DNA of 64,000 bases from Vampirovibrio sp. (GTDB lineage: Bacteria > Cyanobacteriota > Vampirovibrionia > Vampirovibrionales > Vampirovibrionaceae), in assembly GCF_041737375.1 (NCBI RefSeq), contig NZ_JBGSRV010000008.1, forward strand, positions 10,648 through 74,647, given 5' to 3'. The position numbers and the translations under genes were made by a program. The notes beneath the pieces were generated by a model that was not told where the DNA came from, ran no database searches, and saw nothing but the letters and a program-made list of their open reading frames with translations. Of the stretch, positions 9,343-19,866 are shown in pieces; positions within the stretch are counted from its first letter, which is position 1; every line of letters starts with the position of its first letter.

Positions 9343-12300
9343 ATGCCGCAAAGAACTGACCTGAAAAAAATCCTGATTATTGGCGCTGGTCCCATCATCA
9401 TTGGTCAGGCTTGCGAGTTTGATTATTCAGGATCACAAGCCTGCCGTGCCCTCAAGCAGGCGGGGTATCAGGTCATTCTGGTTAATTCCAACCCGGCTAC
9501 CATCATGACCGATCCAGACATGGCCGATCAAACCTACATTGAACCCATTACCCCAGAAATGGTGGCCGCTATTATCGAGAAAGAACGTCCCTGCGCTATT
9601 TTGCCCACCATGGGTGGCCAAACGGCCTTAAACACCGCTTACGCCTTATATAACGATGGCACCCTGGATCAATACGGCGTGGAACTGATTGGGGCGAATT
9701 TCAAGGCCATTCATACCGCCGAGGACCGGGAAGCGTTCAAGCAACTGGTAGAAACCATCGGGTTGGAAGTGTTGGCCTCTCATACCGTTCATTCGGTGGA
9801 AGACGCTATGGTAAAGGGCAAAACGCTGGGCTTTCCGCTGATTATCCGAACCGGCTTTACGCTGGGTGGCTCCGGGGGGGCGGTGGTTTATGATGAATCC
9901 GGCTTGCGAAAGGCGGCGGAAAAGGGCATTCAGGCTTCCCCGGTTAAACAGTTGCTGTTGGAAGAAAGCGCCCTGGGCTGGAAAGAATATGAATTTGAGC
10001 TGATGCGCGATAGCCGGGATAACGTGGTGATTGTGTGTAGCGTGGAAAATGTGGACCCCATGGGGGTTCATACCGGCGACAGCATTACGGTGGCCCCGGC
10101 CCAAACACTCTCCGATAAGGAGTACCATACCCTTCGAAACGCTTCTATCGATATTATCCGGGCCGTGGGAGTGGATGCGGGCGGTTGTAATATTCAGTTT
10201 GCCGTTCACCCGGAAACAGGCCGGGTGGTGGTGATTGAAATGAACCCACGGGTTTCCAGAAGCTCAGCGCTGGTGAGTAAGGCCACGGGCATTCCCATTG
10301 CCAAAATATCCGCCAAGTTGGCCATTGGCTTAACCCTGGATGAAATTACCAACGACATTACCCAAACCACCCCGGCCAGCTTTGAACCGGCGCTGGATTA
10401 TGTGGTCACCAAAATTCCCCGCTTTTCCTTTGAAAAATTCCCCGGCTCTCAAACCGATCTGTCTCCCCAAATGAAATCGGTGGGCGAAGTGATGGCCATT
10501 GGCCGCACCTTTCAGGAATCGGTGCAAAAGGCGCTGCGCAGTCTGGAAATTGGACTGGAAGGCTTTACCTTTGAGCCAGAACCGGAAAGCCACAGTCTGG
10601 ATGAATTGAAAGATCTTTTAAAACGTCCTGAAGAGCGCCGCATTCGCTGGATTTATCATGCCCTGCGCCAGCAAATGCCCATTGCGGAAATTGCCCGCAT
10701 TACGGGTTGGGACCCCTGGTTTCTGGAAAATTTCCGGGAATTGGTGGACACCGAGCGCCTGATTCAGCAGCACAAAGGGGCCGCCTTGCCGGAAGCTTTG
10801 TTGAAAAAAGCCGCTCGACAAGGCTTCTCGGCCAGCCAGATTCAGTCGGTTTTGCCCAGAATTTCCCCGGCTTTGGGCCAGCAACTGGCGGCGCTGCGCA
10901 CCCAGCCCGTGTTTAATGCCGTGGATACTTGCGCCGGGGAGTTTGAAGCATTTACCCCCTATTATTACTCCACCAGCCATAGCACCGAAAACGAAGCCAA
11001 GGCGGGTGACCCCCACAAAAAACGGGTGGTTATTATTGGCGGAGGCCCCAACCGCATTGGGCAGGGCATTGAGTTTGATTATTGCTGTGTTCACTCGGCC
11101 ATGGCCTTGCAATCGCTGGGTTATGAGGCCATTATGGTGAACTCCAACCCGGAAACCGTTTCTACCGACTATGACATTAGCGATCGGCTGTACTTTGAGC
11201 CGCTCACACCGGATACAGTGTTGAATATCCTCAACCAGGAAAAACCGTTGGGCGTGATTGCCCAACTGGGCGGCCAAACCCCCTTAAAGTTGGCCAAACC
11301 CATGGAAGATGCGGGCTATCATTTGCTGGGCACCAGCGTGGACAGCATTGATTTGGCCGAGGATCGCCAACGCTTTGGCCAGGTGTTGGCCCAGTTGAAC
11401 TTGCGTTCGCCGGAATCGGGAACCGCACGCTCGGTGGCGGATGCGCTGGCCATCAGCCGCCGCATTGGTTATCCGTTGATTGCCCGTCCCAGTTATATTT
11501 TGGGTGGTCGGGCCATGCAAATTTTTTACAGTGAAGAGCGGCTGGTGCGCTACCTGAATGAGGTGGTGCATGTGGAGCCGGATTATCCGGTGCTGGTGGA
11601 GCGCTTTTTGGAAGAGGCCATGGAGGTGGATGTAGACGCTGTCTCTGATGGCTCGGAAACCCTGGTGGCTGCCGTACTGCAACACATTGAGCATGCCGGT
11701 GTGCATAGTGGCGATAGCGCTTGTGTGTGGCCCTCTCAAACCATTTCTACCCCAATGCTGGACGAAATTGAGGAAACCACCCACCGGCTGGCGGTGGCCC
11801 TTAAAATTCGGGGCTTGCTGAATATTCAGTTCGCTCTGAAAGACGGCCAGTTGTATGTATTGGAAGTAAACCCCAGAGCCAGCCGAACGGTGCCGTTTGT
11901 GTGCAAGGCCACCGGCATTCCGCTGATTCAGATGGCCACCCGCTTGATGCTGGGCGAGCCGTTGTCCGCTGTGAAAAACTTGTTGCCCAAGGTGCAGCCC
12001 ACGCATGTTGCGGTGAAGGTGCCGGTATTTCCCTTTAACAAGTTCAAGGGCAGCGATCCCAAGTTGGGGCCGGAAATGAAAAGCACCGGCGAGGTGATGG
12101 GCATTGATGACACCTTTGCCATTGCCTTTGCTAAAGCCCAGTTGGCGGCCAACAACAAGTTGCCGCTGTCGGGCAGTGTGTTTATTAGCGTTAATAATAG
12201 CGATAAAGCCAAAACCCTGCCGGTGGCTCAGCACTTGTGCCAGTTGGGCTTTCAGCTGACCGCCACGGCAGGCACCGCCCAGTTTTTCCGGGATGCCGGG

Positions 12301-12585
12301 CTATCGGTTGAAACGCTGAAGAAAAAGCATGAAGGCTCTCCCAATGTGGAAGAGTTAATCCAGCAAGGCGCCATTAGCCTGATTATTAACACCCCCATTG
12401 GGGAAGAAGCCATGCTGGATGATTCTTATATCCGCAAGGCGGCGCTGGAATTTCAGGTGCCATTAGTCACCACCATTGGCGGGGCTAAGGCTTTGGCGGA
12501 AGGCATTGAATCCCGGCAACAATCCCGGTTTGGGGTGCGTAGCCTGCAATCTTATTTAAGCGAGCTAAACCCGGTGATGGCTTAA
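9343..12585 (+). CDS. carB: Carbamoyl-phosphate synthase large subunit.
   Basis: [26 protein letters not shown]..., two ATP-grasp halves and an MGS-like C-terminus, about 1080 aa. Starts at [11 protein letters not shown]. Confidence 0.95.
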   Translation: MPQRTDLKKILIIGAGPIIIGQACEFDYSGSQACRALKQAGYQVILVNSNPATIMTDPDMADQTYIEPITPEMVAAIIEKERPCAILPTMGGQTALNTAYALYNDGTLDQYGVELIGANFKAIHTAEDREAFKQLVETIGLEVLASHTVHSVEDAMVKGKTLGFPLIIRTGFTLGGSGGAVVYDESGLRKAAEKGIQASPVKQLLLEESALGWKEYEFELMRDSRDNVVIVCSVENVDPMGVHTGDSITVAPAQTLSDKEYHTLRNASIDIIRAVGVDAGGCNIQFAVHPETGRVVVIEMNPRVSRSSALVSKATGIPIAKISAKLAIGLTLDEITNDITQTTPASFEPALDYVVTKIPRFSFEKFPGSQTDLSPQMKSVGEVMAIGRTFQESVQKALRSLEIGLEGFTFEPEPESHSLDELKDLLKRPEERRIRWIYHALRQQMPIAEIARITGWDPWFLENFRELVDTERLIQQHKGAALPEALLKKAARQGFSASQIQSVLPRISPALGQQLAALRTQPVFNAVDTCAGEFEAFTPYYYSTSHSTENEAKAGDPHKKRVVIIGGGPNRIGQGIEFDYCCVHSAMALQSLGYEAIMVNSNPETVSTDYDISDRLYFEPLTPDTVLNILNQEKPLGVIAQLGGQTPLKLAKPMEDAGYHLLGTSVDSIDLAEDRQRFGQVLAQLNLRSPESGTARSVADALAISRRIGYPLIARPSYILGGRAMQIFYSEERLVRYLNEVVHVEPDYPVLVERFLEEAMEVDVDAVSDGSETLVAAVLQHIEHAGVHSGDSACVWPSQTISTPMLDEIEETTHRLAVALKIRGLLNIQFALKDGQLYVLEVNPRASRTVPFVCKATGIPLIQMATRLMLGEPLSAVKNLLPKVQPTHVAVKVPVFPFNKFKGSDPKLGPEMKSTGEVMGIDDTFAIAFAKAQLAANNKLPLSGSVFISVNNSDKAKTLPVAQHLCQLGFQLTATAGTAQFFRDAGLSVETLKKKHEGSPNVEELIQQGAISLIINTPIGEEAMLDDSYIRKAALEFQVPLVTTIGGAKALAEGIESRQQSRFGVRSLQSYLSELNPVMA

Positions 12586-12640
12586 CGGGTTTATGGCTGC
12601 TGCCAATTATCCAGCCTGCCACTTGCCCCACTAAAAGCGT

Positions 12641-13711
12641 CTAGTGCAGGGTGCTGGGTAAGGGCTGAAGTTCTTGAAGCATGGTTTTAACCTCAATCCA
12701 CGGTTTGATTCGCTCGATTTCAAGCGTTAGCTTGTGGAGCTGTTGTTCCATATTTTGGTAGGCGGTTTCGTAGCTGGTCAGGTTACGATCCAAAACGGCC
12801 ACTACTTTTTTGAGCGCTATAATCCGTGATTTTTGATCCTGAAGTTCACGCCTCATGAGGGCTTCAACTCCTGGCCGCAGGGCGTTTCCGCTTTCTGGCT
12901 GCTCGGTGAGTTGCTTGTTCAGCCGTTTGTAGCGAGAGCTTGCTGCTTTCAGGGTTTCCCGGTGATCAAATTTTAAAGCCTTGAGCCGGGCCTTCTCATT
13001 CCACAAGCGTACTTCCTGATGAATAAGCTGCTTTTCGATCTCCTGAAAGGTCAGGTGTTTTTCGGAGAGGGCAGGCAACGACAACCTGTCGTAATCAACC
13101 CCCTTCTGCGCTCTCAACAGCGCTTTGGATTTGGAGAGCAGTTCTTCGTAAGTTGTTATTATGGGTTGTGGTAGAACCATCGCACTGGGGCTAGGCTCAG
13201 GTGGCGCTTCATGCACCGGCGCAACCGGCTCTTGCGTTGGTGTGGATGCCGTAGTTGGTTCCCCTACCGGTTTGGCCGGGCCCGTTTCGGGTGGTTGGCT
13301 TGGCCGTGTGGGAGGCGCTGGCATGGGTGGGGCGCTAGGGGTGGGCGGTGTTGACGGGGTGGGCGGGGCGGGCTTGGGCGGCTCTTTTTTAGGGGCTTGC
13401 AAAAAACTGTTTAATTTTTTCAGCCATTGAACAATGCGCTTTCCCAATGCTGTTTCAGAAAAACGGGTAAACCACTGGTGAATTTTCCCAAAGAGCAAGC
13501 TAAACGGATTGGTGATTTGTGTTTTTGCGTTGCCAAACACGGGGGTGGATAAAGCCCGCAAATTGCCTGCCCCCGGTGAGCCCGCTTTTCTGGCCGGTGC
13601 TATAACATGATTCAAAATGACTGCTTGAGCAATGTTCATAGGCCATCCATAGGGTGAGTTCATTGGTTCAGAAAGTGTGAGCGTTATCTGTAAAAGAATG
13701 CTGAAGCCCAT
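12641..13711 (-). CDS. Hypothetical protein with a proline-rich PxPxP linker and a coiled-coil C-terminus.
   Basis: Central PKKEPPKPAPPTPSTPPTPSAPPMPAPPTRPSQPPE, C-terminal heptad-like region. No enzymatic motifs. Confidence 0.5.
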   Translation of the reverse strand: MGFSILLQITLTLSEPMNSPYGWPMNIAQAVILNHVIAPARKAGSPGAGNLRALSTPVFGNAKTQITNPFSLLFGKIHQWFTRFSETALGKRIVQWLKKLNSFLQAPKKEPPKPAPPTPSTPPTPSAPPMPAPPTRPSQPPETGPAKPVGEPTTASTPTQEPVAPVHEAPPEPSPSAMVLPQPIITTYEELLSKSKALLRAQKGVDYDRLSLPALSEKHLTFQEIEKQLIHQEVRLWNEKARLKALKFDHRETLKAASSRYKRLNKQLTEQPESGNALRPGVEALMRRELQDQKSRIIALKKVVAVLDRNLTSYETAYQNMEQQLHKLTLEIERIKPWIEVKTMLQELQPLPSTLH

Positions 13712-13867
13712 AACGTGCCTTTCAGCAGAGGCGTTTAATATTTTGTCACATTTGAAACGACTCTTTTGAAACCACCCTCAGCACTTGCCGGGTCAGGCAT
13801 TGGAAAAGGCACGGGTTTGCCCTACACTAAAAGCCCAATCCGTAGGGTTTTTGGGAGGCCATTCCAG

Positions 13868-14752
13868 ATGATGTCCTTGCAGCCTGTTGTGTCTTTTCTG
13901 GTTTATTGCGCCAACGAGGGGCGTTATCTTCAGCAATGCGTCTGTTCAATTCTGGATCAGAACTTTATCGACTTTGAGATTCTGATTCTGGATGACGCCT
14001 CCACCGATGAGACACCCCGCATCACGCAGGCGCTGAGCTTGGCCGATTCTCGGGTTCGTTATCTGCCCCAGTCTCAGTCGGTGGGCAAGCTGGCCAGTTA
14101 TAATCATGGGCTGGAGCAAGCCAAAGGGGAGCTGCTGTGGTTGATTTCGGCTTCTGATGCGCTTAGCGCCACTCAGGTGCTTCAGGATTATGTCACCCAA
14201 TTTGTATTGGCCCATCAACTGGGCCTGATTTTTTGCCGGGTGCAATGCATTGATGCCAATGGCGTTCCCTATGAAAAATATATGCCACCTAAAAAAAATG
14301 GTGGTCTGCCTGCCCGCTCTCTTTTTTATCCTGCCCGCAGTCTTTTTTCTGAACTGCTGAAAGAAAATTTGATGCCTTCATCTGGTGTTATTTTGCGAAA
14401 AAGCTGCTTTGAGCGAACCGGTCTGTTTGACACCAGATTGGGAGGGGCGGCCCTGTGGCATCAGTGGGCCATGGTCTCGCTGGACTGGGTGACTTATTTT
14501 GATGCGGTGCCCCAGGTTTATCAACGTTTGCCCATGTCGCAGGCGGGCCAAATTCAGTCGTTGGCGGTGGATGGACAAAGCCGCATCGATCATTATGAAA
14601 AACTGGAAGCCTTTTTAAAAACCCGTGATTACCCAGTGCCTCTACGTCGAAGAACCCGGTTGTTTCGATTGCAGCTGAAGCGAAAATTGGGTTTGCCCCT
14701 CAGTGTGCCGGAAAAACTCATCCGACTGGTTCGATTTTTCACGTTGCGCTAG
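13868..14752 (+). CDS. GT2-family glycosyltransferase.
   Basis: VVSFLVYCANEG...ILILDDASTDET is the GT2 DxD-type N-terminal motif. ATG at 13868. Confidence 0.7.
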   Translation: MMSLQPVVSFLVYCANEGRYLQQCVCSILDQNFIDFEILILDDASTDETPRITQALSLADSRVRYLPQSQSVGKLASYNHGLEQAKGELLWLISASDALSATQVLQDYVTQFVLAHQLGLIFCRVQCIDANGVPYEKYMPPKKNGGLPARSLFYPARSLFSELLKENLMPSSGVILRKSCFERTGLFDTRLGGAALWHQWAMVSLDWVTYFDAVPQVYQRLPMSQAGQIQSLAVDGQSRIDHYEKLEAFLKTRDYPVPLRRRTRLFRLQLKRKLGLPLSVPEKLIRLVRFFTLR

Positions 14753-14984
14753 GTGTTCTGGTTTTACAAAAGCCCGTTCAGGCGACTTTGAGAATAGAAA
14801 TTGACTCAATCCGCTTTCATTGGTAGGCTATAGTTGATCCCCGGTTTTTAGCGCTTGTCTGGCAATTCCGGTTGGTGGAGTCGAGGTTCCGAGTTAGGTT
14901 TGAGCTGAATATAAAGCCTGCGTTTAGCGGTTTTTAGGCTTCAAAACGATAAGTACATTTAAGTAGCAGGGCGTTGTTTTAGTC

Positions 14985-15821
14985 ATGATGTCTCATATCA
15001 ATAATATTTTTGTCCTGATCAAGCAGGTTCCCGATCAATCCGCCAAGGCCGGTATTAACCCGGATGGCACCATTGACCGGGCCAAGGCCAAGCGCATGCT
15101 GAATCCGTTTGATCGTTACGCTTTGCAGGCGGCCTTGCACACCAAAGCGCTTTATGGCGGCAAGGTGACTGCCATTTCCATGGGGCCGCCGCTGGCTGGT
15201 GAAATTTTACTGGAGGCCATTGAGCATGGGGCCGATATGGGTTATTTACTGTCCGATCGCCGGTTGGCCGCTTCCGATACCCTGGCCACCGCTTACGCTT
15301 TGCATAAAGTGATTTTGCACTTGGGTGTGCCGGATTTAATGTTTTGCGGCTTGCAAACCACCGATGGGGATACCGCTCAGGTGGGTCCGCAAATTGCTGA
15401 ACGTTTGGACTTGCCGCAAACCAGTTATTGCGAAGATTTTCGGGTTGAAGGCGATCGGGTGATTGCCCGCCGGGTGATCGAGGGCGGTTATCAGTGGGTC
15501 AAAATGGCCATGCCAGCCATGTTAACTGTTGCCAATTCTTATCACCCGCTGGAGTACAAGCATATCCGTGGGGCTCGCCGTGTTCAGCAGTTACTGCGCG
15601 ATGAAGAAGCTAAAAACGCGGTTATTAAAATTGTTACGCTGGATGATGTGGGCGCCGATCCGGTGCTGTGTGGCTTAAAAGGCTCCCCAACCATTGTGGC
15701 CAAAACAGACAAGGTGTCTGAAATTGGCGGCAGTTGTAAAGTGCATCAGGGAGAGCCTATTGAGCATATGGTGCGTGACGTGTTGCAGACCACCAATCTC
15801 AAGGAATTTGCCAAGTTATGA
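14985..15821 (+). CDS. etfB: Electron transfer flavoprotein beta subunit (EtfB/FixA).
   Basis: IFVLIKQVPD...NPFDRYALQAAL...AISMGPP is the ETF-beta signature. The stop overlaps the etfA start (ATGA). Confidence 0.9.
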   Translation: MMSHINNIFVLIKQVPDQSAKAGINPDGTIDRAKAKRMLNPFDRYALQAALHTKALYGGKVTAISMGPPLAGEILLEAIEHGADMGYLLSDRRLAASDTLATAYALHKVILHLGVPDLMFCGLQTTDGDTAQVGPQIAERLDLPQTSYCEDFRVEGDRVIARRVIEGGYQWVKMAMPAMLTVANSYHPLEYKHIRGARRVQQLLRDEEAKNAVIKIVTLDDVGADPVLCGLKGSPTIVAKTDKVSEIGGSCKVHQGEPIEHMVRDVLQTTNLKEFAKL

Positions 15822-17032
15822 GTCCAGATGAACCCAAAAGTGAAAATTCATACATCGCCCCCAAGGAATCCGAGGCTTCCGCTTCACCGGCTGCGGATCA
15901 TGAGGCCCCGGCCCAAAAGCCTGAGCCAGAGCCGCTGCGGGAAATTATAACTCCTTCTAACAAAGAAGTGATTGTGATTGCTGAGCAGGTAGATGGGCAA
16001 ATTCAGCCGGTTACTTTGGAGCTATTGGGCGCCGGTCGTGATTTGGCCAACAAGCTGGGCGGAAAACTGTCCTGTATTTTGTTGGGCCATCAGGTACGGG
16101 ATTTGGCAACCACCTTAATTCACTACGGGGCGGAAATTGTTTATGTGGCCGATGACCCTCAATTGCAGGGCTATCGCACCTTGCCCTTTAAACGGGTGAT
16201 TACCGATTTATTAAAAACGTTTAATCCCCCGCCGCATATTTTGCTGTTGGGTTCCACCACCACCGGACGGGATTTGGCCCCCCGCATTGCCGCCTTTTTT
16301 AAAACCGGGTTAACCGCCGATTGCACCGAGCTGGATATTGGCCCCTATGAGCATACCAACAAGGCCGATCCAGACAAAGTGGGCTTGTATCCCGGTTGTT
16401 TATACGCCATTCGGCCCAGTTTTGGAGAAAGTTTAAAGGCCCGTATTTTAGGCCCCTGGAACAACCCGCAAATGGCCACCACCCGGCCTGGGGTTATGCT
16501 TCCCCTGGCCATGGATGAGAGCCGCACCGGAGAGATTCGCGATATTCCGGTCAATCTGTTGCCTGAAGATTTCCGGCTGGAATTGATGGAGATTGTGCGT
16601 GAAGTGCAATCGGGCGTTAATATTGCTGATGCGGATGTGGTGGTAGCCGGTGGTTATGGCATGGGTGGGGCGGAAGGCTTTAACCTGTTGCAGGAACTGG
16701 CCGCCTGCTTTGAGAATTCCGCTGTGGGTGCCTCTCGAAAAGTGGTGGATGCGGGCTGGATTCCGTATCAGCACCAAATTGGGCAAACCGGTAAAACGGT
16801 GCGTCCTAAAATTTATATTGCCTGTGGCATTTCCGGGGCCATTCAGCACCGGGTGGGCATGAACAAGGCCGGATTGATTATCGCAATCAACAAGGACCCG
16901 GAGGCCCCCATTTTTCAGGTGGCCCATCAGGGAATTGTGGGCGATGCTTATCAGGTACTGCCGGAGTTGATTCGGCAGTTAAAGGCATCCAAATCCGCCG
17001 GGGCCAGTAGCGCTGAAAAGTCGCTGGTTTAG
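15818..17032 (+). CDS. etfA: Electron transfer flavoprotein alpha subunit (EtfA/FixB) with a roughly 50-aa acidic/Pro-rich N-terminal extension.
   Basis: VIVIAEQVDGQI... and the C-terminal FAD-binding region KIYIACGISGAIQH. Confidence 0.85.
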   Translation: MSPDEPKSENSYIAPKESEASASPAADHEAPAQKPEPEPLREIITPSNKEVIVIAEQVDGQIQPVTLELLGAGRDLANKLGGKLSCILLGHQVRDLATTLIHYGAEIVYVADDPQLQGYRTLPFKRVITDLLKTFNPPPHILLLGSTTTGRDLAPRIAAFFKTGLTADCTELDIGPYEHTNKADPDKVGLYPGCLYAIRPSFGESLKARILGPWNNPQMATTRPGVMLPLAMDESRTGEIRDIPVNLLPEDFRLELMEIVREVQSGVNIADADVVVAGGYGMGGAEGFNLLQELAACFENSAVGASRKVVDAGWIPYQHQIGQTGKTVRPKIYIACGISGAIQHRVGMNKAGLIIAINKDPEAPIFQVAHQGIVGDAYQVLPELIRQLKASKSAGASSAEKSLV

Positions 17033-17068
17033 GCTGTAAAAAGGCAATGAACACTGTTTTAACAAGTA

Positions 17069-18820
17069 ATGGGAGGCACGGCCTCTGTGGCTGAACGAAT
17101 TGAGTATGATGTATTACTGGTTGGCGGCAGTCCGTCTAACCTAGCATTGGCCCACCATTTGGTGGATTTGGCCAAGCAAAGCGGCGTGTCCTTCACCATG
17201 GCCATTTTGGAAAAGGGCAAGGAGTTTGGCGCGCACATTTTAAGCGGCGCGGTTTCCAAGCCCCATGTCATTCAAAAATTGTTCCCGGATTATCAGGAAA
17301 ACGGCTTTCCTTATGAAGCGGTTTGCAGCCAAAGCGGGTTTTCGGTGTTGGCTAACAAAAGCAAGTGGGATGTTCCTGCCGCTTTGCTGCCAGCGGGCTT
17401 GAAAAAAGAAGGCTATCTGGTTTTAACCCTGAGCCATGTGGTTTATTGGATGGCCAATAAGCTGAAAGAAAAATTGGCGGATACCCCCAATGTGGTGATG
17501 GATTTTTTCCCCGGTTTTTCGGCCCACGAAATTGTTTATGATGGCGATAAAGTAGTGGGTGTTCAGGTGGTGGAAAAAGCCTCCGGGGATACCAACGAAG
17601 ACAATATTTACGGCAAGGTCACTTGCTTTGGAGACAAGGGTTTTGTGTCCCGTGACATTATTTCCCGCTTTCACTTGCGGGATACCCCTCAAATTTGGTC
17701 GGTGGGGGTAAAGGAAGTTTGGGAACTGCCTGAAGGCAAAGATTACATGGGCCAAGTGTGGCATACCATGGGCTTTCCTTTGGTGGATGGCAGTTTTGGG
17801 GGCGGCTTTATCTATGGCATGAAAGATCGCAAGCTGACCATTGGTATGGTCATTTCGCTGGATTCGCCCAACCCCAATATCAACCCGCAGCAAAAATTGC
17901 AGGATTATAAAAAGCACCCATGGGTTCAATCGCTGATTAAAGACGGCAAAATGCTGAAATACGGGGCGGCTCTGCTGCCAGAGGGTGGCTATTACAGCTT
18001 GCCCAAAAAATTCGCGGTGGATGGCGCCATTTTGCTGGGAGACGCCTTAGGCGTGCTGGACATCAGTCAGTTGTCCGGTGTGGATAAATCCATGGAATGC
18101 GGCTGGCAAGCGGCAGAAGTGTTGCATGAGGCGCTCCAGTCCGGGAATTTCTCTGAAACGCATTTGGCCACCTATCAGCAGCGGGTAATGGATTCTTTTG
18201 TGGGTCAAAATTTATACGAAGGTCGTTATTTCCGAAAAGCATGGCAGGAAAACCCGCGCTTGCTGGGCAACTATTTGCCCAAAGTGATGGAAGGAGTGGA
18301 TGCCGGAAACCCTTATTGGGGTCTGGTTTCGGTGGGGCTAACCCATAACCCGGTTACGGCGGTAATGGATGCCCTTCGCCTGAAAAATTTGATGGACGGC
18401 AAAACCGATATGGGGCCGGTAAAGTACGAGGAAGATTACAAGCACATTGTGCCTAATTTTAAAGTCCCCCGTACCATTACCACCCAGGGCTTTGTGAAGG
18501 ATACGGTCTACTCTCGGGCCGATGCCGTTTTTTACGCCGGAACCAAATATCACGAAGAAAACAGACACATTGATGAGTTTAATTCTGATGTTTGCATAAA
18601 ATGTATTTCTACTTATGATGCGCTGGGCAAGGAAACACCTTGCGTTTCTGATTGCACGGCGGAAGTGCATCGGGTGGATGAAAGGTCCGGCTTGCGTCAT
18701 CACGGCATGTCCCTTGAAAATTGTGTGCAATGCCGCACTTGTGAGATCGTTTGCCCGGAAGTGAATTTGAAGGTACGCCCTACGGAAGAAGGCTCCGGGC
18801 CTGATTTTATGGGACTGTAG
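17069..18820 (+). CDS. Electron-transferring-flavoprotein dehydrogenase (ETF:quinone oxidoreductase) with a fused C-terminal 4Fe-4S ferredoxin (FixC-FixX type).
   Basis: YDVLLVGGSPSNLALA is an FAD Rossmann motif. C-terminal CIKC...CVSDC and CVQCRTCEIVCP are cysteine clusters. Confidence 0.85.
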   Translation: MGGTASVAERIEYDVLLVGGSPSNLALAHHLVDLAKQSGVSFTMAILEKGKEFGAHILSGAVSKPHVIQKLFPDYQENGFPYEAVCSQSGFSVLANKSKWDVPAALLPAGLKKEGYLVLTLSHVVYWMANKLKEKLADTPNVVMDFFPGFSAHEIVYDGDKVVGVQVVEKASGDTNEDNIYGKVTCFGDKGFVSRDIISRFHLRDTPQIWSVGVKEVWELPEGKDYMGQVWHTMGFPLVDGSFGGGFIYGMKDRKLTIGMVISLDSPNPNINPQQKLQDYKKHPWVQSLIKDGKMLKYGAALLPEGGYYSLPKKFAVDGAILLGDALGVLDISQLSGVDKSMECGWQAAEVLHEALQSGNFSETHLATYQQRVMDSFVGQNLYEGRYFRKAWQENPRLLGNYLPKVMEGVDAGNPYWGLVSVGLTHNPVTAVMDALRLKNLMDGKTDMGPVKYEEDYKHIVPNFKVPRTITTQGFVKDTVYSRADAVFYAGTKYHEENRHIDEFNSDVCIKCISTYDALGKETPCVSDCTAEVHRVDERSGLRHHGMSLENCVQCRTCEIVCPEVNLKVRPTEEGSGPDFMGL

Positions 18821-18846
18821 TTAAGAAAAAAGAATCATCATTTTTT

Positions 18847-18872
18847 AAAGTCGGGCTGTTGGCTCGACTTTA
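18847..18872. terminator. Weak candidate bidirectional terminator between the ETF-QO gene and the TPM gene.
   Basis: ttttttAAAGTCGggctgttggctCGACTTTaaaaa: a short stem with flanking T and A runs. Confidence 0.3.
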
Positions 18873-18909
18873 AAAATAGGCGGAGCATTACGACGGATTT
18901 TTCTAAAAC

Positions 18910-19806
18910 TTATCGGCCTGCGCCGCCCCCACCACTGGAGTCTCCGCCCCCGCCAAAGCCGCCACCAAATCCACCGCCCCCGCCGCCAAAGCCGCCGCCC
19001 AGCCCACCGCCGTAGAAACCACCTCCCAAAAAACCGCCCCGTTTGCTTCTGCGATTCACGAACATAAACAGTAGAAACATGACAATCAAAATGGACATCC
19101 ACAGGCCATCTTCATCTTTGGGTGGGGTGTTGTAGTGAGCCGTTAATTTTTTATCGCCCGCTAAAATTTTAGCAATGGCCAGGGTGGCACGGGTAATGCC
19201 GCCGGAATAATCTCCCTCGGCAAAGGCGGGCAGGGCCAGTTCATCCAGAATTCTGCCAATCACCGCATCAGGTAACTTTTCTTCCAGCGCGTAGCCGGTG
19301 CCGATAAAAATGCGGTTTCCCGATAAATGCTCTCTTAGCCGTTTGGCGTTCACCAGTACCAGTAAGCCGTCTTTTTTCTTGTAATGCTGAATATCCCAGC
19401 CGTTCATAATTTGGGGGGCAAAGGCGGAAAGCTCCTGATCGGTATCCGGCAGTATCACCACCGCAATTTGGGCGATACCGGCCTGATCCAGCGTTTGCAA
19501 CTGCTCCTGAAGGGTGCTGCGATGAGCCGGTTGCAACAAGTTGGCGTAATCGTTCACATAAATAGTCAGCCCGGTGGGTTTGGGAGGCACCTGATTGATG
19601 GGCGGTTGGTTGTTGGCGGTTTCTTCATCCTCCTCCTCCGGGCCCGCTACCACCACGGCTTGGTGAGGAGGGGGGGAGGGGGTGGTGGTTTCTTGAGCCA
19701 TGGCCACAGCATTGAATAGGCAAAATGGCGCAAGGTTTAGGCTGAAACTCGTCAACGCCAGAACTATAAGAGCGAAACGCCATTTCTTTTGAAAATTGAG
19801 TGCCAT
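18910..19806 (-). CDS. TPM-domain protein (YgcG-like) with a Gly-rich C-terminal tail.
   Basis: TIYVNDYANLL...IAVVILPD...GTGYALE is a TPM fold. The tail is GGFLGGGFYGGGLGGGFGGGGGG. Signal-peptide start MALNFQKKWRFALIVLALT at 19806; the ORF track extends to 19839. Confidence 0.8.
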   Translation of the reverse strand: MALNFQKKWRFALIVLALTSFSLNLAPFCLFNAVAMAQETTTPSPPPHQAVVVAGPEEEDEETANNQPPINQVPPKPTGLTIYVNDYANLLQPAHRSTLQEQLQTLDQAGIAQIAVVILPDTDQELSAFAPQIMNGWDIQHYKKKDGLLVLVNAKRLREHLSGNRIFIGTGYALEEKLPDAVIGRILDELALPAFAEGDYSGGITRATLAIAKILAGDKKLTAHYNTPPKDEDGLWMSILIVMFLLFMFVNRRSKRGGFLGGGFYGGGLGGGFGGGGGGFGGGFGGGGDSSGGGGAGR

Positions 19807-19866
19807 AAAATCAGTACCATCCATTGAATCCCGATTCAAAAAGTCGCTCTGAAAGAGGGGGTAGGG

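Noticed and set aside
9646-12234. Several long minus-strand ORFs (187-316 aa) inside carB.
   Set aside because: They are antisense to a highly conserved carB reading frame. They are typical high-GC shadow ORFs, rich in Gly, His, Arg and Gln.
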